DNA from: Tubulanus polymorphus
Lineage: Eukaryota > Animalia > Nemertea
Length of the DNA stretch: 64,000 nucleotides
Assembly: GCF_964204645.1 (NCBI RefSeq)
Contig: NC_134025.1
Location: 10,540,001-10,604,000, forward strand
Direction: 5' to 3'
Numbering within the stretch: the first letter of the stretch is position 1; each line of letters begins with the position of its first letter. The notes beneath the pieces were generated by a model that saw only the letters and a program-made list of their open reading frames with translations, was not told where the DNA came from and searched no databases. Made by a program: the position numbers and the translations under genes. Below, one piece after another: positions 1 through 12,829 of the stretch.

Positions 1-2791
1 TTTTAGCTTTTCTCAGAAATCCCTGACTATTCCCTGACTTTTCTACAGAAAAGAAAATTCCCTGATTTCCCTGATTTCACTGATTTCACTGATTTCCAGG
101 TAGAGTGGCCACCCTGCTCCGCATTAAATATCTTATCATATTTTCATTGTCAAAAGTGATAGATGTAGCTCAGCTATTTGTGTACGTTATACGTTTGTGG
201 CGTTACGTGTTTGTGGACGCTGTTGGAGGTTTTGGAGAGTTTTTAATGTAGATTATATAAAATGTTTTAATCAATATGTGATACATATTAATTCAAAAGC
301 TCAGTATCCAATGCTCGTTTGTTGAAAAGATTGTTTGAATGATCTATTACTTCTATGATGATTAATCTTCTATGTACGGGCATAGGCCAAATCTTCATAC
401 CGGGATATTAGTTACCAATTATTTTTGTTTTTTCTCTCAATCGATCTATGAAGGGTCAACCAATATGAATGCAAATGTGTGAATTTTTCCATTGCCGGGT
501 ACTGAATGAAGTGAGGAGTGTTTTGAATAATTACAATACAGTAGATATAACCGCAGTAGAAACTATAGCCGCATTCACGCTACGTTATTTTAGACCAGAT
601 TTGACCCGTTCCAATTTAGAACTGACCAAGCGTTAGCCTGTTGTACATTTTGGAATGGACTTATTTTTTGTGTGATCATTAAGATCGACCAGTGATTACT
701 GTACTGTCTATAGCAAATTCAATATTGCAAACGCGCCTCTGATTTGGTCCATTCTAAATTTGCCCTGTTTCAGGTACGCACCACTATTGACCAGTCTAGC
801 TATTAGTAGTATTATGAATGCAGCTTATGAGTACGGTCAGTACCAAGTACTGGTTGTTTGTGTGCTGTGATTATTGCTCGTTCGTATATATATATTTTGA
901 TCTCTGATAGAGTTTAGCATGTGTTTCCAATGAATAAATGAAGTCAAATATTCAAAATATATCATTTGTATGTTGCTGGTTTTATGAACAGTTTGTGCTG
1001 AAATCAAGGACTATCAAGAGAGACGGAGCTCAATCTTTGTCTTGTGTTGGCATTTACTGCAGTGGTGAGGTGGATGGGGATTATATCTCAGTGTCCGACT
1101 TTCAGCTGATGGTTTGAATAGGCCTATAGCCGCGATCACACGAAGACGATTTGAGCCCAGGTCAAATTAGACCCGTAGCACGATGTGAGTTACTTCCAGC
1201 GAAAAAATACTTTCTTGTGTGCAAAATTTGGCACGGGCCTGGCCCAAAATTTTTAAATGAATTCCGCTTAAATTTTAGAGAAAATTTCTGTTAGATTTCT
1301 GGGAAAAGTACATGTTATCAAATTCTATTCTAAGAAATGTAGATTCATCGTTACCTCAATAGCGCTGCCATAACCTACTGGAGGGTGGCCACTATTATTT
1401 GACTTGCTTCTCCTGACTATTCCCTGACATTGCTTTCTCTGATCTGATCTGATCCAATCAATTGACTCAGCTAAGACATAGACGGAAACTGTTTGATTTT
1501 ACGCAAGATCTTGCAATCTGAACAAATTTCCCTGATTTTTAGCTTTTCTCAGAAATCCCTGACTATTCCCTGACTTTTCTACAGAAAAGAAAATTCCCTG
1601 ATTTCCCTGATTTCACTGATTTCACTGATTTCCAGGTAGAGTGGCCACCCTGCTCCGCATTAAATATCTTATCATATTTTCATTGTCAAAAGTGATAGAT
1701 GTAGCTCAGCTATTTGTGTACGTTATACGTTTGTGGCGTTACGTGTTTGCGGACGCTGTTGGAGGTTTTGGAGAGTTTTTAATGTAGATTATATAAAATG
1801 TTTTAATCAATATGTGATACATATTAATTCAAAAGCTCAGTATCCAATGCTCGTTTGTTGAAAAGATTGTTTGAATGATCTATTACTTCTATGATGATTA
1901 ATCTTCTATGTACGGGCATAGGCCAAATCTTCATACCGGGATATTAGTTACCAATTATTTTTGTTTTTTCTCTCAATCGATCTATGAAGGGTCAACCAAT
2001 ATGAATGCAAATGTGTGAATTTTTCCATTGCCGGGTACTGAATGAAGTGAGGAGTGTTTTGAATAATTACAATACAGTAGATATAACCGCAGTAGAAACT
2101 ATAGCCGCATTCACGCTACGTTATTTTAGACCAGATTTGACCCGTTCCAATTTAGAACTGACCAAGCGTTAGCCTGTTGTACATTTTGGAATGGACTTAT
2201 TTTTTGTGTGATCATTAAGATCGACCAGTGATTACTGTACTGTCTATAGCAAATTCAATATTGCAAACGCGCCTCTGATTTGGTCCATTCTAAATTTGCC
2301 CTGTTTCAGGTACGCACCACTATTGACCAGTCTAGCTATTAGTAGTATTATGAATGCAGCTTATGAGTACGGTCAGTACCAAGTACTGGTTGTTTGTGTG
2401 CTGTGATTATTGCTCGTTCGTATATATATATTTTGATCTCTGATAGAGTTTAGCATGTGTTTCCAATGAATAAATGAAGTCAAATATTCAAAATATATCA
2501 TTTGTATGTTGCTGGTTTTATGAACAGTTTGTGCTGAAATCAAGGACTATCAAGAGAGACGGAGCTCAATCTTTGTCTTGTGTTGGCATTTACTGCAGTG
2601 GTGAGGTGGATGGGGATTATATCTCAGTGTCCGACTTTCAGCTGATGGTTTGAATAGGCCTATAGCCGCGATCACACGAAGACGATTTGAGCCCAGGTCA
2701 AATTAGACCCGTAGCACGATGTGAGTTACTTCCAGCGAAAAAATACTTTCTTGTGTGCAAAATTTGGCACGGGCCTGGCCCAAAATTTTTA
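1..2791. repeat. Near-identical direct tandem duplication, period 1536 bp (copy 1 truncated by window start, ends 1255; copy 2 = 1256-2791)
   Basis: 1-1255 recurs at 1537-2791 (e.g. ttttagcttttctcagaaatccc at 1 and 1537; cccaaaattttta ends at 1255 and 2791). Only one difference noticed by eye (tgtggacgc ~214 vs tgcggacgc ~1750). Confidence 0.95.
1381..1652. mobile_element. MITE-like element, AGGGTGGCCAC...GTGGCCACCCTG family
   Basis: Terminal inverted repeat agggtggccac / gtggccaccct with internal ccctga repeats; related copies at 1-116, ~13449-13660, 18042-18297, ~23527-23765, ~32008-32211. Confidence 0.75.
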
Positions 2792-2880
2792 GCCCAAGTT
2801 GGCCCATTGGGCACCTGTGTGAATAGTTGTTCTTGGCATTATTTGGCCAGGACAAAAAATGTTTGTGTAGTCCCGGCTTA
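2662..2880. mobile_element. MITE-like element with TA-flanked AGCCGCGATCACAC-type termini
   Basis: Starts tagccgcgatcacac, ends gtgtagtcccggctta (imperfect inverted repeat); related ends at ~567-827 (tagccgcattcac...tgaatgcagctta) and ~9120 (tgatcgcggctta). The copy at ~1126-1255 is cut by the duplication junction. Confidence 0.6.
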
Positions 2881-3620
2881 TATTTCTTTTCATTCAGACC
2901 ATGAAAATAGTATGACTTAGGCGAGTTTACGACATGGAAAATCCAGTTTTCCGACAGAAAGAAATTCGAAAATTATTTTAAAAAATATGTGACCAGACAT
3001 TTTCCCCTCTCCAACTTGAGCATTTATCCAGCTAACATTGATCTAGCTTGCTCATTAGATAGCGAAGGTATTTCTAAAGTTGTGTTGTCGCTGGAATAAG
3101 CTAATTCTGTTTTTAAAAAGCTGCGGCGTGTTTCAGAGGAACGATTGATATTACGTTATCGTTGCTATGGTATTTAAATCTTGCTTCAAGAGTTTTAGAA
3201 TCGCTGTCGATATTCTAGTTAGAATATCGTTTAACTTACCAACTAAACCATACCAGAATCTTTTGTTGAGAAAAAAACATTTTGAATTTCCTCTGGCAAA
3301 AACATTATTACCAGTTATAAGTTTGTTAAGGCTTATCCTTTGCTGTATCTATGCAACATTTTCCTGATAGCACCTGAAGCATCAACAGAAAGATGTTCAT
3401 CTGTGCTGTAGCTTGAGAAGTTGTCATTTCGATATAAATTTGCTTGCTGTGCAAGAATGAGTAAATTTGCGGTGACTGTTCTGATGATTTTATGGACCGG
3501 GCAATGTTACAATTATGGTAGGTAGATATTCTTATATTTGAAACCATATACCAAAGTTTGAAACTCGATGGAAAAATTTTCTTGTTAGAATTTCTTCTTA
3601 GATTTTACATCTCCATTTCC

Positions 3621-3845
3621 TGATCTATAGAGAATCCCACAATGATAACAAAAAATATTAAGTCCGAAAATGCTTCCTTGAGCTAGTAGTTTATTCGACA
3701 TTTTGACTATATTCGTAGTCATCTTCAGGAATACAGGAGTATTCCTGAAGATAACTATTAGTCGAAACAGCGAATAAACTACTAGCTCCAGGAAACACTT
3801 TTGGAGTTCATATTTTTCGTTGTGATTGGGATACTCTATGGATTA
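3621..3845. mobile_element. Palindromic (foldback) element, probable Penelope-like pLTR remnant with degenerate hammerhead-like core
   Basis: ~110-bp imperfect inverted arms centred on ggaatac-agga-gtattcc; right arm has CTGAAGA-T-aactattagt-CGAAAC (3745-3768), left arm has the mirror; termini agaatcccacaat shared with 12577 and 24155. Confidence 0.6.
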
Positions 3846-3981
3846 TCAACATAACAAGGATATAGTGTCTTATCAATGGTTATCTCCAGGTCATGTAATA
3901 GGATTGATGTTCAAAAATGATTATTACTGAAAATTAGAAGCGCTCCATACTTGAAATCAATGGCTATTTTTACAATTTCAG

Positions 3982-4976
3982 GAATTATTGAAGATAAACC
4001 TGAAAATCTGAAGCAAAAATTTGCGACATTCAAATACGGTTTACCTGATGTTACGTTTCGTCGCCGGGCGAAACGCCAGATTTTCAAAGCGGCGTACTTA
4101 AGTTCAACGCTACCTTCGAATTACAAATCAGTTTGGGATGAAATTAAGGAGATAGAGCAGAACTATCTAAACGGTCGTTGGAGACGTCCCACACCAAAAC
4201 CTGATAAATGGGCCCATGTTTTTAACAACCCGGTAAAGAAAGCCGATTTGGTAAAGTTTGAAGACATACCTCTATACGACGCATCAAGTAAAGACTTCGT
4301 AATGGTGATAATCGGTGTGGTGATTCTTGTCGGAGTGCCACTCTCGGTGTTGGCCTGCTGCGCGTTGAAGGCCATGGGAGTTTGCAAAAACTACGAATGC
4401 TGCAAGCCGGCACCGAGACCGGTATTTCCGCAGCTGAATGAGAATCAAAAACGATTCATTCGTCGCACCTCGGCTATTCATCCGATCCGGCTGGAAGCGC
4501 CGTATTCGGAATTCATGAATTATACTCTCAGACAAAATGAGGAAACGATGTTTTACGGCGGTATGACGAATATCAGTTTGATCAGCCGCGCAACGCCTGG
4601 ATGGATGAACATCAAGGGGGAGCAGTACGGTAGCGCGATAAAACTACAGGACATGATCGCCGAACGGGAAAAAAGAATGCGACAAATCAAAATGAAGGCG
4701 GCCGAAGATACCGTGCGGGAAGACGGTCTCGATACTGCAACTGATTATGTAAATGTTGATCTTGACGTGCGCAGTGAGTCCGAAAATATGCCGAAACCTC
4801 CGACAAATTTCGACGATAAGAATGATGATTCCTGTGCGAAGATCCATCGATCTGTCTCAAGCAGCGCAAGTACTTTGCTAGATTCAGAGGATGATGAAAT
4901 CAAACAAGTTCAAGAAGAACGCCGTTGTTATGCTGAAATAGTTATTCCAAAGGCAATAGATGAGACAAGTGTTTAA
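3982..4976 (+). CDS. Terminal coding exon of an uncharacterised single-pass membrane protein (upstream exons not resolved)
   Basis: 341-codon ORF entered through acceptor tttacaatttcag at 3981 (phase 1); RRRAKR basic site, hydrophobic segment FVMVIIGVVILVGVPLSVLACCAL, Cys-rich juxtamembrane, acidic tail ending DETSV*. No family recognised. Confidence 0.75.
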
Positions 4977-7900
4977 AACAAGAGAAGAACATCTATGCAA
5001 AGCCAGAGACATACGTACTGGTCAAACTTGCTTGATTCGTATCAGTTATCCAGATTTCATTCTTATATGGATATCACTTATGGTTCGCCTATAAAGTATC
5101 TAAAATATTGTTTAATCCGAATTTCTCATAAATTAGATGCATTTGATCTGAATTAAGCAGGTTCTACTCTACATGATGATTGAAGAATTTTTCGCTTTGA
5201 ACCAGACACAACCAAGCCATTGACCATGACCTATTCTTCATTGAGTGATCAATTGATGCTTATACCTTTTATCTCAACACGTTTATCAACTTCGAATTCG
5301 TGCTGTATTCACAATATATTCAGCAAAAATAATCTCATTTTTAACAAATAGGCCTATGATATAAATAACAAAAATTTATTACAGTTTTGTTACAACATCA
5401 TTTGTAGAAGCATATGTGATTAAAAAAAACCAAAATGAGACAACATAATAGCCATTAATATATGTGATCACAGCATGTAAAGGTCAGTTTATCTCAGAAT
5501 CATTTCAACATACTCGGCATTTGTACTATTGATGCAATATAAATAACGAAATTAGATGCTTTAATAATTTCATTACATGTCACCTAAAGTTAATGTACGA
5601 AGTACAAATTCCACAATGAGAATGCAGTGCACTACTGATTTTCTTAACTTGAATTCGATTAAAAATCAATGATTACTTCATATAAGGTGAGTAAGACAAT
5701 GTAACCTTGATTATCGTCTACGGATCCAAGATGTTCGTTCGAGTAGAATGTTCATATGACTAGTTAGGAGTCTACTGTACGCACTTAATTTTCCCAATCT
5801 CAATGAAATATGTAATTTATGTATCACGCATTAACTAATTCCATAATGAAAATATATGCCTTTAATTCCGCCATATATTTCTACTATACATGGCACTAAA
5901 AGGGCTTTGAATATACTGGCACTAATAGAGTAGATTTATCACATAATTACGCCATATACATATACCGGGTAAGCAGTCCCCACGTCATTCTAAAATATAA
6001 GCATATATATCTATCGGTATATACCGGGGTGCATTTCAATGAATCGAAACGCATGCATTTCAATACAGTGAAAACTTCAGTTAATCCATGGATGTAAACT
6101 AGAAACTAGTTCATACAATACATCCGTGGTTGTAATCTCTGCATTTTCATTTCTTGGCTCGGACAAAAATAAGAATACATGTATGGCATTAAAAATTATT
6201 TTTAAAGGAAAGATGTATCATTTAGTACTCTGTAGGCAAAAACAGTTCAAGAAAATGCCCGTATTTTCATAATAATGCAACATAGACTTAGTGATTAAGT
6301 ATTTGACTGACTGCCTACATGCTTACTAAGTAAAATATAAACGTACTTGGAAAATTAATGAAAAATTAGCTTGTCAAATGCAAGAGGTCGTAGCAAGAAA
6401 GTTGTCGAGTCATGACTTGGTCAGTGTGTAATATTACTATAACATTCTTCAGATCGAGTTCCTAGATGGTTGAAATCAGTTGCGTAACAAGAAAGTTACA
6501 ATATCTTCCAAATCAAGAGGCACATTTATAAGCTATATTTACATGGCAAAATTTGACTCATTCTAAACACCCTTGCTCCTAATTTACTACCTGCATTGTT
6601 TCCATCAATATGGTAGTTTGATGGTAAAATATCCCACATTTGATTCATCTGTAGCATTTACATTCATTTAGTGACCTACGTAAAGTATCTTTAAAATCAT
6701 ATTCAACGCCATTGCACACAATTCATTTCGATTTAAAAAAAAACAACAAGATTTTGGGCAAGTATTGCATACATTTCGGGCATCGATCAACGAAATGAGT
6801 TTAAATGGGAAACCATAGAATAAAATTTAATCAACATCAAGGTGAGCAATAGGTATGTTAACTGCAGTTGACTCTTTTCTCACTTACAAATTAAGATACA
6901 TTTAGGTAACCTTTATCTAATTGGCAAAAACAACTCTTATCTACTCTGAATGAGAAATCCCCCGCAATGAAATCGCTGAGACAATACATATATTTTCCAA
7001 AGTGGAATTATGGTGTGGATCGAGCCCCTGGTGTGGATCAAGTGAAATCACTGGTTCCGTAATACAAAATTATTGTTTCATTCTACATGTACGCTTTAGT
7101 GATAAAAATACGGTCTACCAAAATAGAATTACAATATACATTACATTTCATGCCACTTTAGCAGATCTTTCGCAGTACCATTGGGACCATTCTCTATTTT
7201 TGGAGTCGATCAGATATCAAGTCTAACAGTTCTTTCCAAAACATCCTCGTAAAATCGGTAAAAGCAAAAGTACTCTTCATGTATTTTTGGTAAAAGCATG
7301 GCCGGCGGAACCAGGGTGGCCTTGGCCAGACCAAAACTTTGTCGATCATGTTTCACGTTTTGACGTAAGATATAGTAAATGGCGATAATAAAACTACCTT
7401 CATCTTGCCGTGAATTTTGTCCCGATGTAAGGCCTCGATTTATTTCAAATATCTTATGCCAGAATGTCTTTAAAACCATCATCTTCTGGTTTTAAACATT
7501 TCAAAAGCTTTTTCAAATGGAGGACCCCCAGATCCCCCACCAGCGCTCGGCGTCTTGGGCGCTCGCAAACACCTCCACACTGGCAGCTGTGGCCGGACCA
7601 AGGTGTTTCTCCTTCCACCCGCCCTGAAAAGTTTTATCATTCCCGGGGTATGATATGATTGTCAACACTAACAATGCAGCCATTGTTATCTCGCTGAACT
7701 TGAAATTTCTAAGTCGGTTCGAGGAAAGAGGTTAAAAAGAAAGAGTTTTCATTCATGGATCCGAGTTCATCATCACCGAGTGAGGCAAACGCGATCCCGA
7801 CCTGAACAGGTACAAGGACAGGAAACAAGCAAGATCTACTGCGTTCCATAGAACCAGTTGTAAGAGTGAAAATACACTAATAGAATTCTTGTACATATTA

Positions 7901-8337
7901 TATTGACAACAGAGATATTGAATAGTGATTTACCTTACCTGGGTATAATACAGTTATACTGTCAGCGTATGGATATGGCCACACCGGAGTGAAAAAATAA
8001 ACCAAACACGGTTTCCATAAAAATATACCGGTAAATGAAACTTGCATATCATATCAAAGCATAATGTGTCAACGTTATCAAATATAAAAACGTTTTTTAA
8101 AACAACAGATTCATAACCGCCAAACTATTTGATAATGAATTGTGCAAGGAATAAAAGCTCATGTGACTACTACTATCACAAAATGGACATAAAACTCTAT
8201 TGCTATGCATAGATAAGGATGTTTATGACAACGAAACTTTCTCGGTAAAAATTCCATAGTAACTGACTGCTTAACATGACTGACTGACTGACTAGCAAAA
8301 TGAGAATACAATTTTACCCATAAGAGGTTCAAGCGAC

Positions 8338-11300
8338 TTAGAAATCGCCGCCGAAATCACCCCCGAAATCGTCTCCACCAAAAGAACCACCTCCGAACGA
8401 ATCACCGCCGTCGTACGAACCTCCTCCATCATCCCAACCGCCTTGATCGTCAAACCCTCCGTGATCGTAGCCGGGATCGAAACCACCGTCGTAGCCGCCT
8501 TGATCATAACCGCCTTGATAGCCCTGGTCATACCCTCCTTGATAACCGCCCTGGTCGAAACCTTGCCCGTAAGCGCCCTGGTCGAATCCCTGCCCGTAAT
8601 CGCCGCCCTGGTCGAATCCGCCTTGATCGATGTTATTCTCGGTGTAGTTATTCTCTTGGTTGAATTCCGTGTTGTTGATGTTCGTTTCATTAACGGTCGT
8701 GTTCTGAACTGTCGTGTTGTCGATGTCGTAATGATTGTGAATGTTGATATCCGGCCCGAAGTCGTACCCGTGACAGTACGCGGGACCGCCCCAGCCGTGG
8801 CCCATACCCCACCCCCATGGCTGATACATTCCATAACCGAGCATACCACCGACCATCATTCCTGAAATGGGAAATAAAATATCATTTTATAATTCCGACT
8901 AGAATTTCAATTGATGAGTTAACAGTTTGAATAGCTTATAATTTACACAAAATTTATTGGCCAGAGCCAAATTTTAGCACAGGTCAAATTATTGCACGTG
9001 AATTGCAACTGGTTCCGGAAGTGACTGACTTTGCTTTGTTCAAGCATTGTTTAGTATTGAGTGAGTGGTTTCAGTATGAACGCACTCTCTAATTAGGCAC
9101 GGGCCAAATTGCCCGCGTCTGATCGCGGCTTATGAAACTGGGTCTCGAATTTTGATTTAAGTTGAATATTGATTTTAGTGATTTGAGTCAAAGTAAAAAC
9201 TACCCGGTACTCATAAATAATGTTTCTCATCAATCTGTCAAGTTATCATTAAATCTACGGCTAACTGTCAAATCAAATAGATGATAATCTAATCGTTTTA
9301 ATCCCTGATGAAATTAGAATACTGGCAATTTTGATATACAAGAATTATTATATAAAACCAACTCAAAACATGAAGGTTCCATATGGTGCTCATCAACCGG
9401 TGTTTTAAAATATTGATATATTTCTCAGTTCAACCCGGAAACACAAGGGCTTGTCACACTTGAAATGGAGAATGGATAAAACCGGTATCAATGAACGACC
9501 TGTTGTTTTATAAATACAGGTAAACTGGGGTCAGTCATTTGACCCACACATTATCAACTGTGTCAGTTCCTTGTGATAAAACTTTTGAATTTGACAATAT
9601 CACTTCTATTTATCTTTTTTACTTCGAGGCCAGTTAATGTAATCCATCCTCACCTGTGACAAACCCGTCGTCGCTGCTGCGTCGTCTGCCTCGATCCTGC
9701 ACGACGACAGTAGTATTACCGCCACCTCCGCCGCCTTGATACCCGCCCGGACCTGGTTGTCGTTGATATCCTTGTTGCTGCGGATATCCTTGTTGCTGCG
9801 GATATCTAGGCTGTTGGGGATAGCCCGCCTGTTGGGGATAGCCTGCCTGTTGATAACCTGAAAAATGATAAATTAAATCATTTACGTTTGGAAACAAGTA
9901 TTACAACCAGTACTGCCAGATGTTCAAGCAAGTCTTGTTTAAACGCAGGTTATCTTTTATTGTCCTGGGTCCAGATATTTAGATACTTTGTAACTTAAAG
10001 GGTTTAACTGTTAGTTCTAACTGGTGGTCTGTCAACATATCTCAGGTTTCATAGATGTGGAAGAATAATAGTCCCTGGGAACATTTTGAAATTTGTCTGT
10101 TATAACCATGGTTTCTCATTGTAACTATGGTGGTTGTCACCCAGATTGAGGATTTACCCCTAGGGATAACTTTGATACTCGGTCTATGAAACCGGGCCCT
10201 GGTGTACTGAGGTCAATCGGATTGGTTTTACATTCAGAAAACAAGTCATTCTCAATAAACCCCATAAAGCTACTAATAACTACTAATAAGGAATGTTAAT
10301 TGTACATCTACACTGTAATTACTTTACCTGGAGGGGCATTGAATCCAGGGGGAGGTGGCTGCCCATATCCTACAAAATCAGTCAATATTTTGATCATTCA
10401 AACAACTTTTCAGAAAATGCAGTTACAAATCCTCACATACAAAGTGTATTTCCTCATTCTATCGTTTCAACGTCCATAGAAAATGCTCACCTTGTGGTGG
10501 TGGAGGGCCCTGTGGTCTCCAGCCGGGTTGAGGTTGCCCCTGTATAGGTGCATATGGAGGAGGCTGCGCTATAAGAAATATAAAAAGATTTACCATTTCG
10601 ATACATTTTTGGGAACATAAATAAAGTACCGGGTGCTATCTTTTCAATAACAGAATTTTTCAGAGTTGAACTATATGAGTGGACAGGAGTTTAAAATAGT
10701 ATTAAGTAGTTATGAACATTCTAAATGCCATCATCTTTTATTTGTATACATACTTTGTTGTCTTGGTGGGGGTGGGGGTGGTTTTGGTAGCTGTAAGAAA
10801 AGCACAGGCATGAATTTTCCAGAATAAATAAAATTTCAGTAAGCAATGACCAGTGTATTTTGTACTTACAATTTTGCTAATGCTGTCCATCCAACTTCTA
10901 TACCAGCAATGAAAATAGAAAGGAAGTAATATGGTTAATATTTAAGATTAAAGAATCCGGATCTCATTCTCAGGTAGTGAGATTCAGCTCTTTAAGTTAA
11001 AATTAGGAGTAGTTCATATTCAAAAACTGGTATTTCACTCAAAGTTTAAACCAGAAATGTGGAACTTCAGCTTTACAGTCAAATTGAGCAGAACGTTACC
11101 TCATTTCGCCATCATCTACGAACACGAACCAGTTCAATTCTTTTGGATCTTTGACAGCTCTTCGAGGCACTGCCAGTAAGTGCTGGATGTTGGCTCCTTT
11201 CGGTAACGCCGGGCGATGCGGAATCGCTTGCGTGAACGGCCCTACGGCCATGAACTGACAGACAGTCTGAAACGATGAACGAACACTTAATAGGTATTTT

Positions 11301-11936
11301 ATAGGAATTTCAACTTTCCATACGAAACGAACAAGTCACATAGTTCTGATAAGAGGCATGCAGGACATGGAACACAATCCGCAGGGGAAATGTGTGAGCA
11401 ACATTTAAACCCCATTTCCCTGTGTTTTCCCCAAGAGTTTCCTATTTTTTCCAGAATCGTTATCACCCTACACCTTTTTTTGAAAATTCAGAGACAAGTT
11501 GGTTTGAGTTTGGTAGACAAACACCTCGACTACAACGCAATTTCAATTGTCACTTTGGTATCTATCCATCAGATAATTTTAACCACTTGGCTTGACTTAT
11601 TAACTAAAAATGCAATCTACAATGAATGAAAGCAGTACATACAGCTAACTTGGAAACACCAAGGGCAGATTGATCTCCTTGATCATTGAACCATGCTAAC
11701 TCACTATCCTGATACAAAACTACATACAATCTCTTCCATTTGCTGGAGAAACATCCCTCTGAAATATAGGATAACATTTGTTGTTTGACTTCAATCGCTA
11801 GCTTACAGATTAGTTTCCCTCCAGTATCCTAAAGGTACCAAACAATAGGACGCTATGAGGAACCGATGTCAGGCTTTTGTGCTCAGTCTAAAAACTTACT
11901 GGTCCATTTTCTCAGATATCCTGCTTTTATACTCAT
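8338..11936 (-). CDS. PLEKHB: PH-domain protein, evectin/PLEKHB-like, with Pro/Gln/Gly/Tyr-rich linker and GGYDQG-repeat acidic tail (410 aa)
   Basis: Exons (minus): 11936-11900, 11758-11643, 11266-11100, 10897-10870, 10790-10754, 10568-10491, 10369-10328, 9857-9654, 8861-8338; all GT-AG, total 1233 nt in frame. Translation MSIKAGYLRKWTKGCFSSKWKRLYVVLYQDSELAWFNDQGD...NWFVFVDDGEMRSWMDSISK is a PH fold; TTVVVQD...SSDDGFVTGMMVGGMLG resembles the evectin C-terminal D-x-A-L-GM-x-x-G segment. An in-frame upstream exon 12826-12793 (MCSSEGSIPIS) may extend the N-terminus. Confidence 0.85.
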
Positions 11937-12190
11937 AGACGAGTCTGAAATATAAGACACATATTTTGCTATAAGTTAAGATTGGTAATTCATACTAGTC
12001 TAGCCTCTGGGGCAGTGCAACCGCAGTTAGCTTAGGTTCCCTAGGAATGGTTATTTACCTAACCTAATGGTTATGTACAACCTAATAACCTGTAAGTGGT
12101 TTAGTCTAATGATTGGATATCTTAAGGCCTTTACGCTTATAAATGCTTTTGGAGTGACTGCATGCAGTTGTTCCCTCTATGCACAGGGGC

Positions 12191-12342
12191 TCGTCACGAT
12201 AGCTGGGGGTCCAAAATCAAAGATTTGACCCAGTATCCTAGGTACCACCTACAAAAAAGGTTTTTATAGGTCACTTTTTTATAGGTGGTACCTAGGATAC
12301 TGGGTAAAATCTTTGATTTTGAACCCCCAGCTATCGTGACGA
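12191..12342. repeat. Near-perfect ~65-bp-arm inverted repeat (MITE-like hairpin) in intron
   Basis: tcgtcacgatagctgggggtccaaaatcaaagatttgacccagtatcctaggtaccaccta pairs with taggtggtacctaggatactgggtaaaatctttgattttgaacccccagctatcgtgacga. Confidence 0.85.
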
Positions 12343-12534
12343 TAGCTGGGGGGCTACCTGTGCCTCAATGGTTTAATGTCACTACCTAATCCAACAAAAG
12401 CCTATTTAGTCACACACTAGCGCCATAGTCTAGCGGGAAGGTGACCTAAACCGCAATTAAGCCAAAAATTATAACTGGCTGAAAAGATTATGAATACAAT
12501 GCTTTTGAACTGTCACTCCTCGACATCAGCTGTC

Positions 12535-12730
12535 CAGGTTAGACAAGAAGATACACAATATCCGTGTGATGATGACGAGAGAAATCCCACAATAACGAAG
12601 CCAAGATTGAAAAATTCTATAAGTACGCCTGATGATGGCTAACAGTTATTAGCGGAAACGCCGCTCCTCAAATATAATCATTCTAATATAGAATTTTTCA
12701 ATCTTGGCTTCGTTATTGTGGGATTTCTCT
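12535..12730. mobile_element. Penelope-like short insertion: 45-bp inverted arms around a hammerhead-like core, 11-bp target-site duplication
   Basis: catcagctgtc at 12524-12534 and 12731-12741; perfect arms 12577-12621 / 12687-12731; centre CTGATGA-TG-GCTAA-cagtta-TTAGC-G-GAAAC (12629-12659). Confidence 0.7.
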
Positions 12731-12829
12731 CATCAGCTGTCAAAACTGCAATAAATCTTAATTGAATAGATACTTGCTGCTCCTACACTTACTACTGATC
12801 GGAATGGAACCTTCCGAGCTGCACATCTT

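Noticed and set aside
2898-3470. Candidate upstream exons of the membrane protein (2921-3068, 3138-3169, 3371-3460)
   Set aside because: Some frames are open with plausible donors, but acceptors and phases could not be joined unambiguously.
7210-7680. Short ORFs as a separate gene
   Set aside because: No recognisable domain or consistent frame; more likely 3'UTR of the PLEKHB-like gene.
8292-8865. ORFs 8292-8849 (-) and 8443-8865 (+)
   Set aside because: Shadow frames of the repetitive last exon; only 8338-8861 matches the upstream splice phase.
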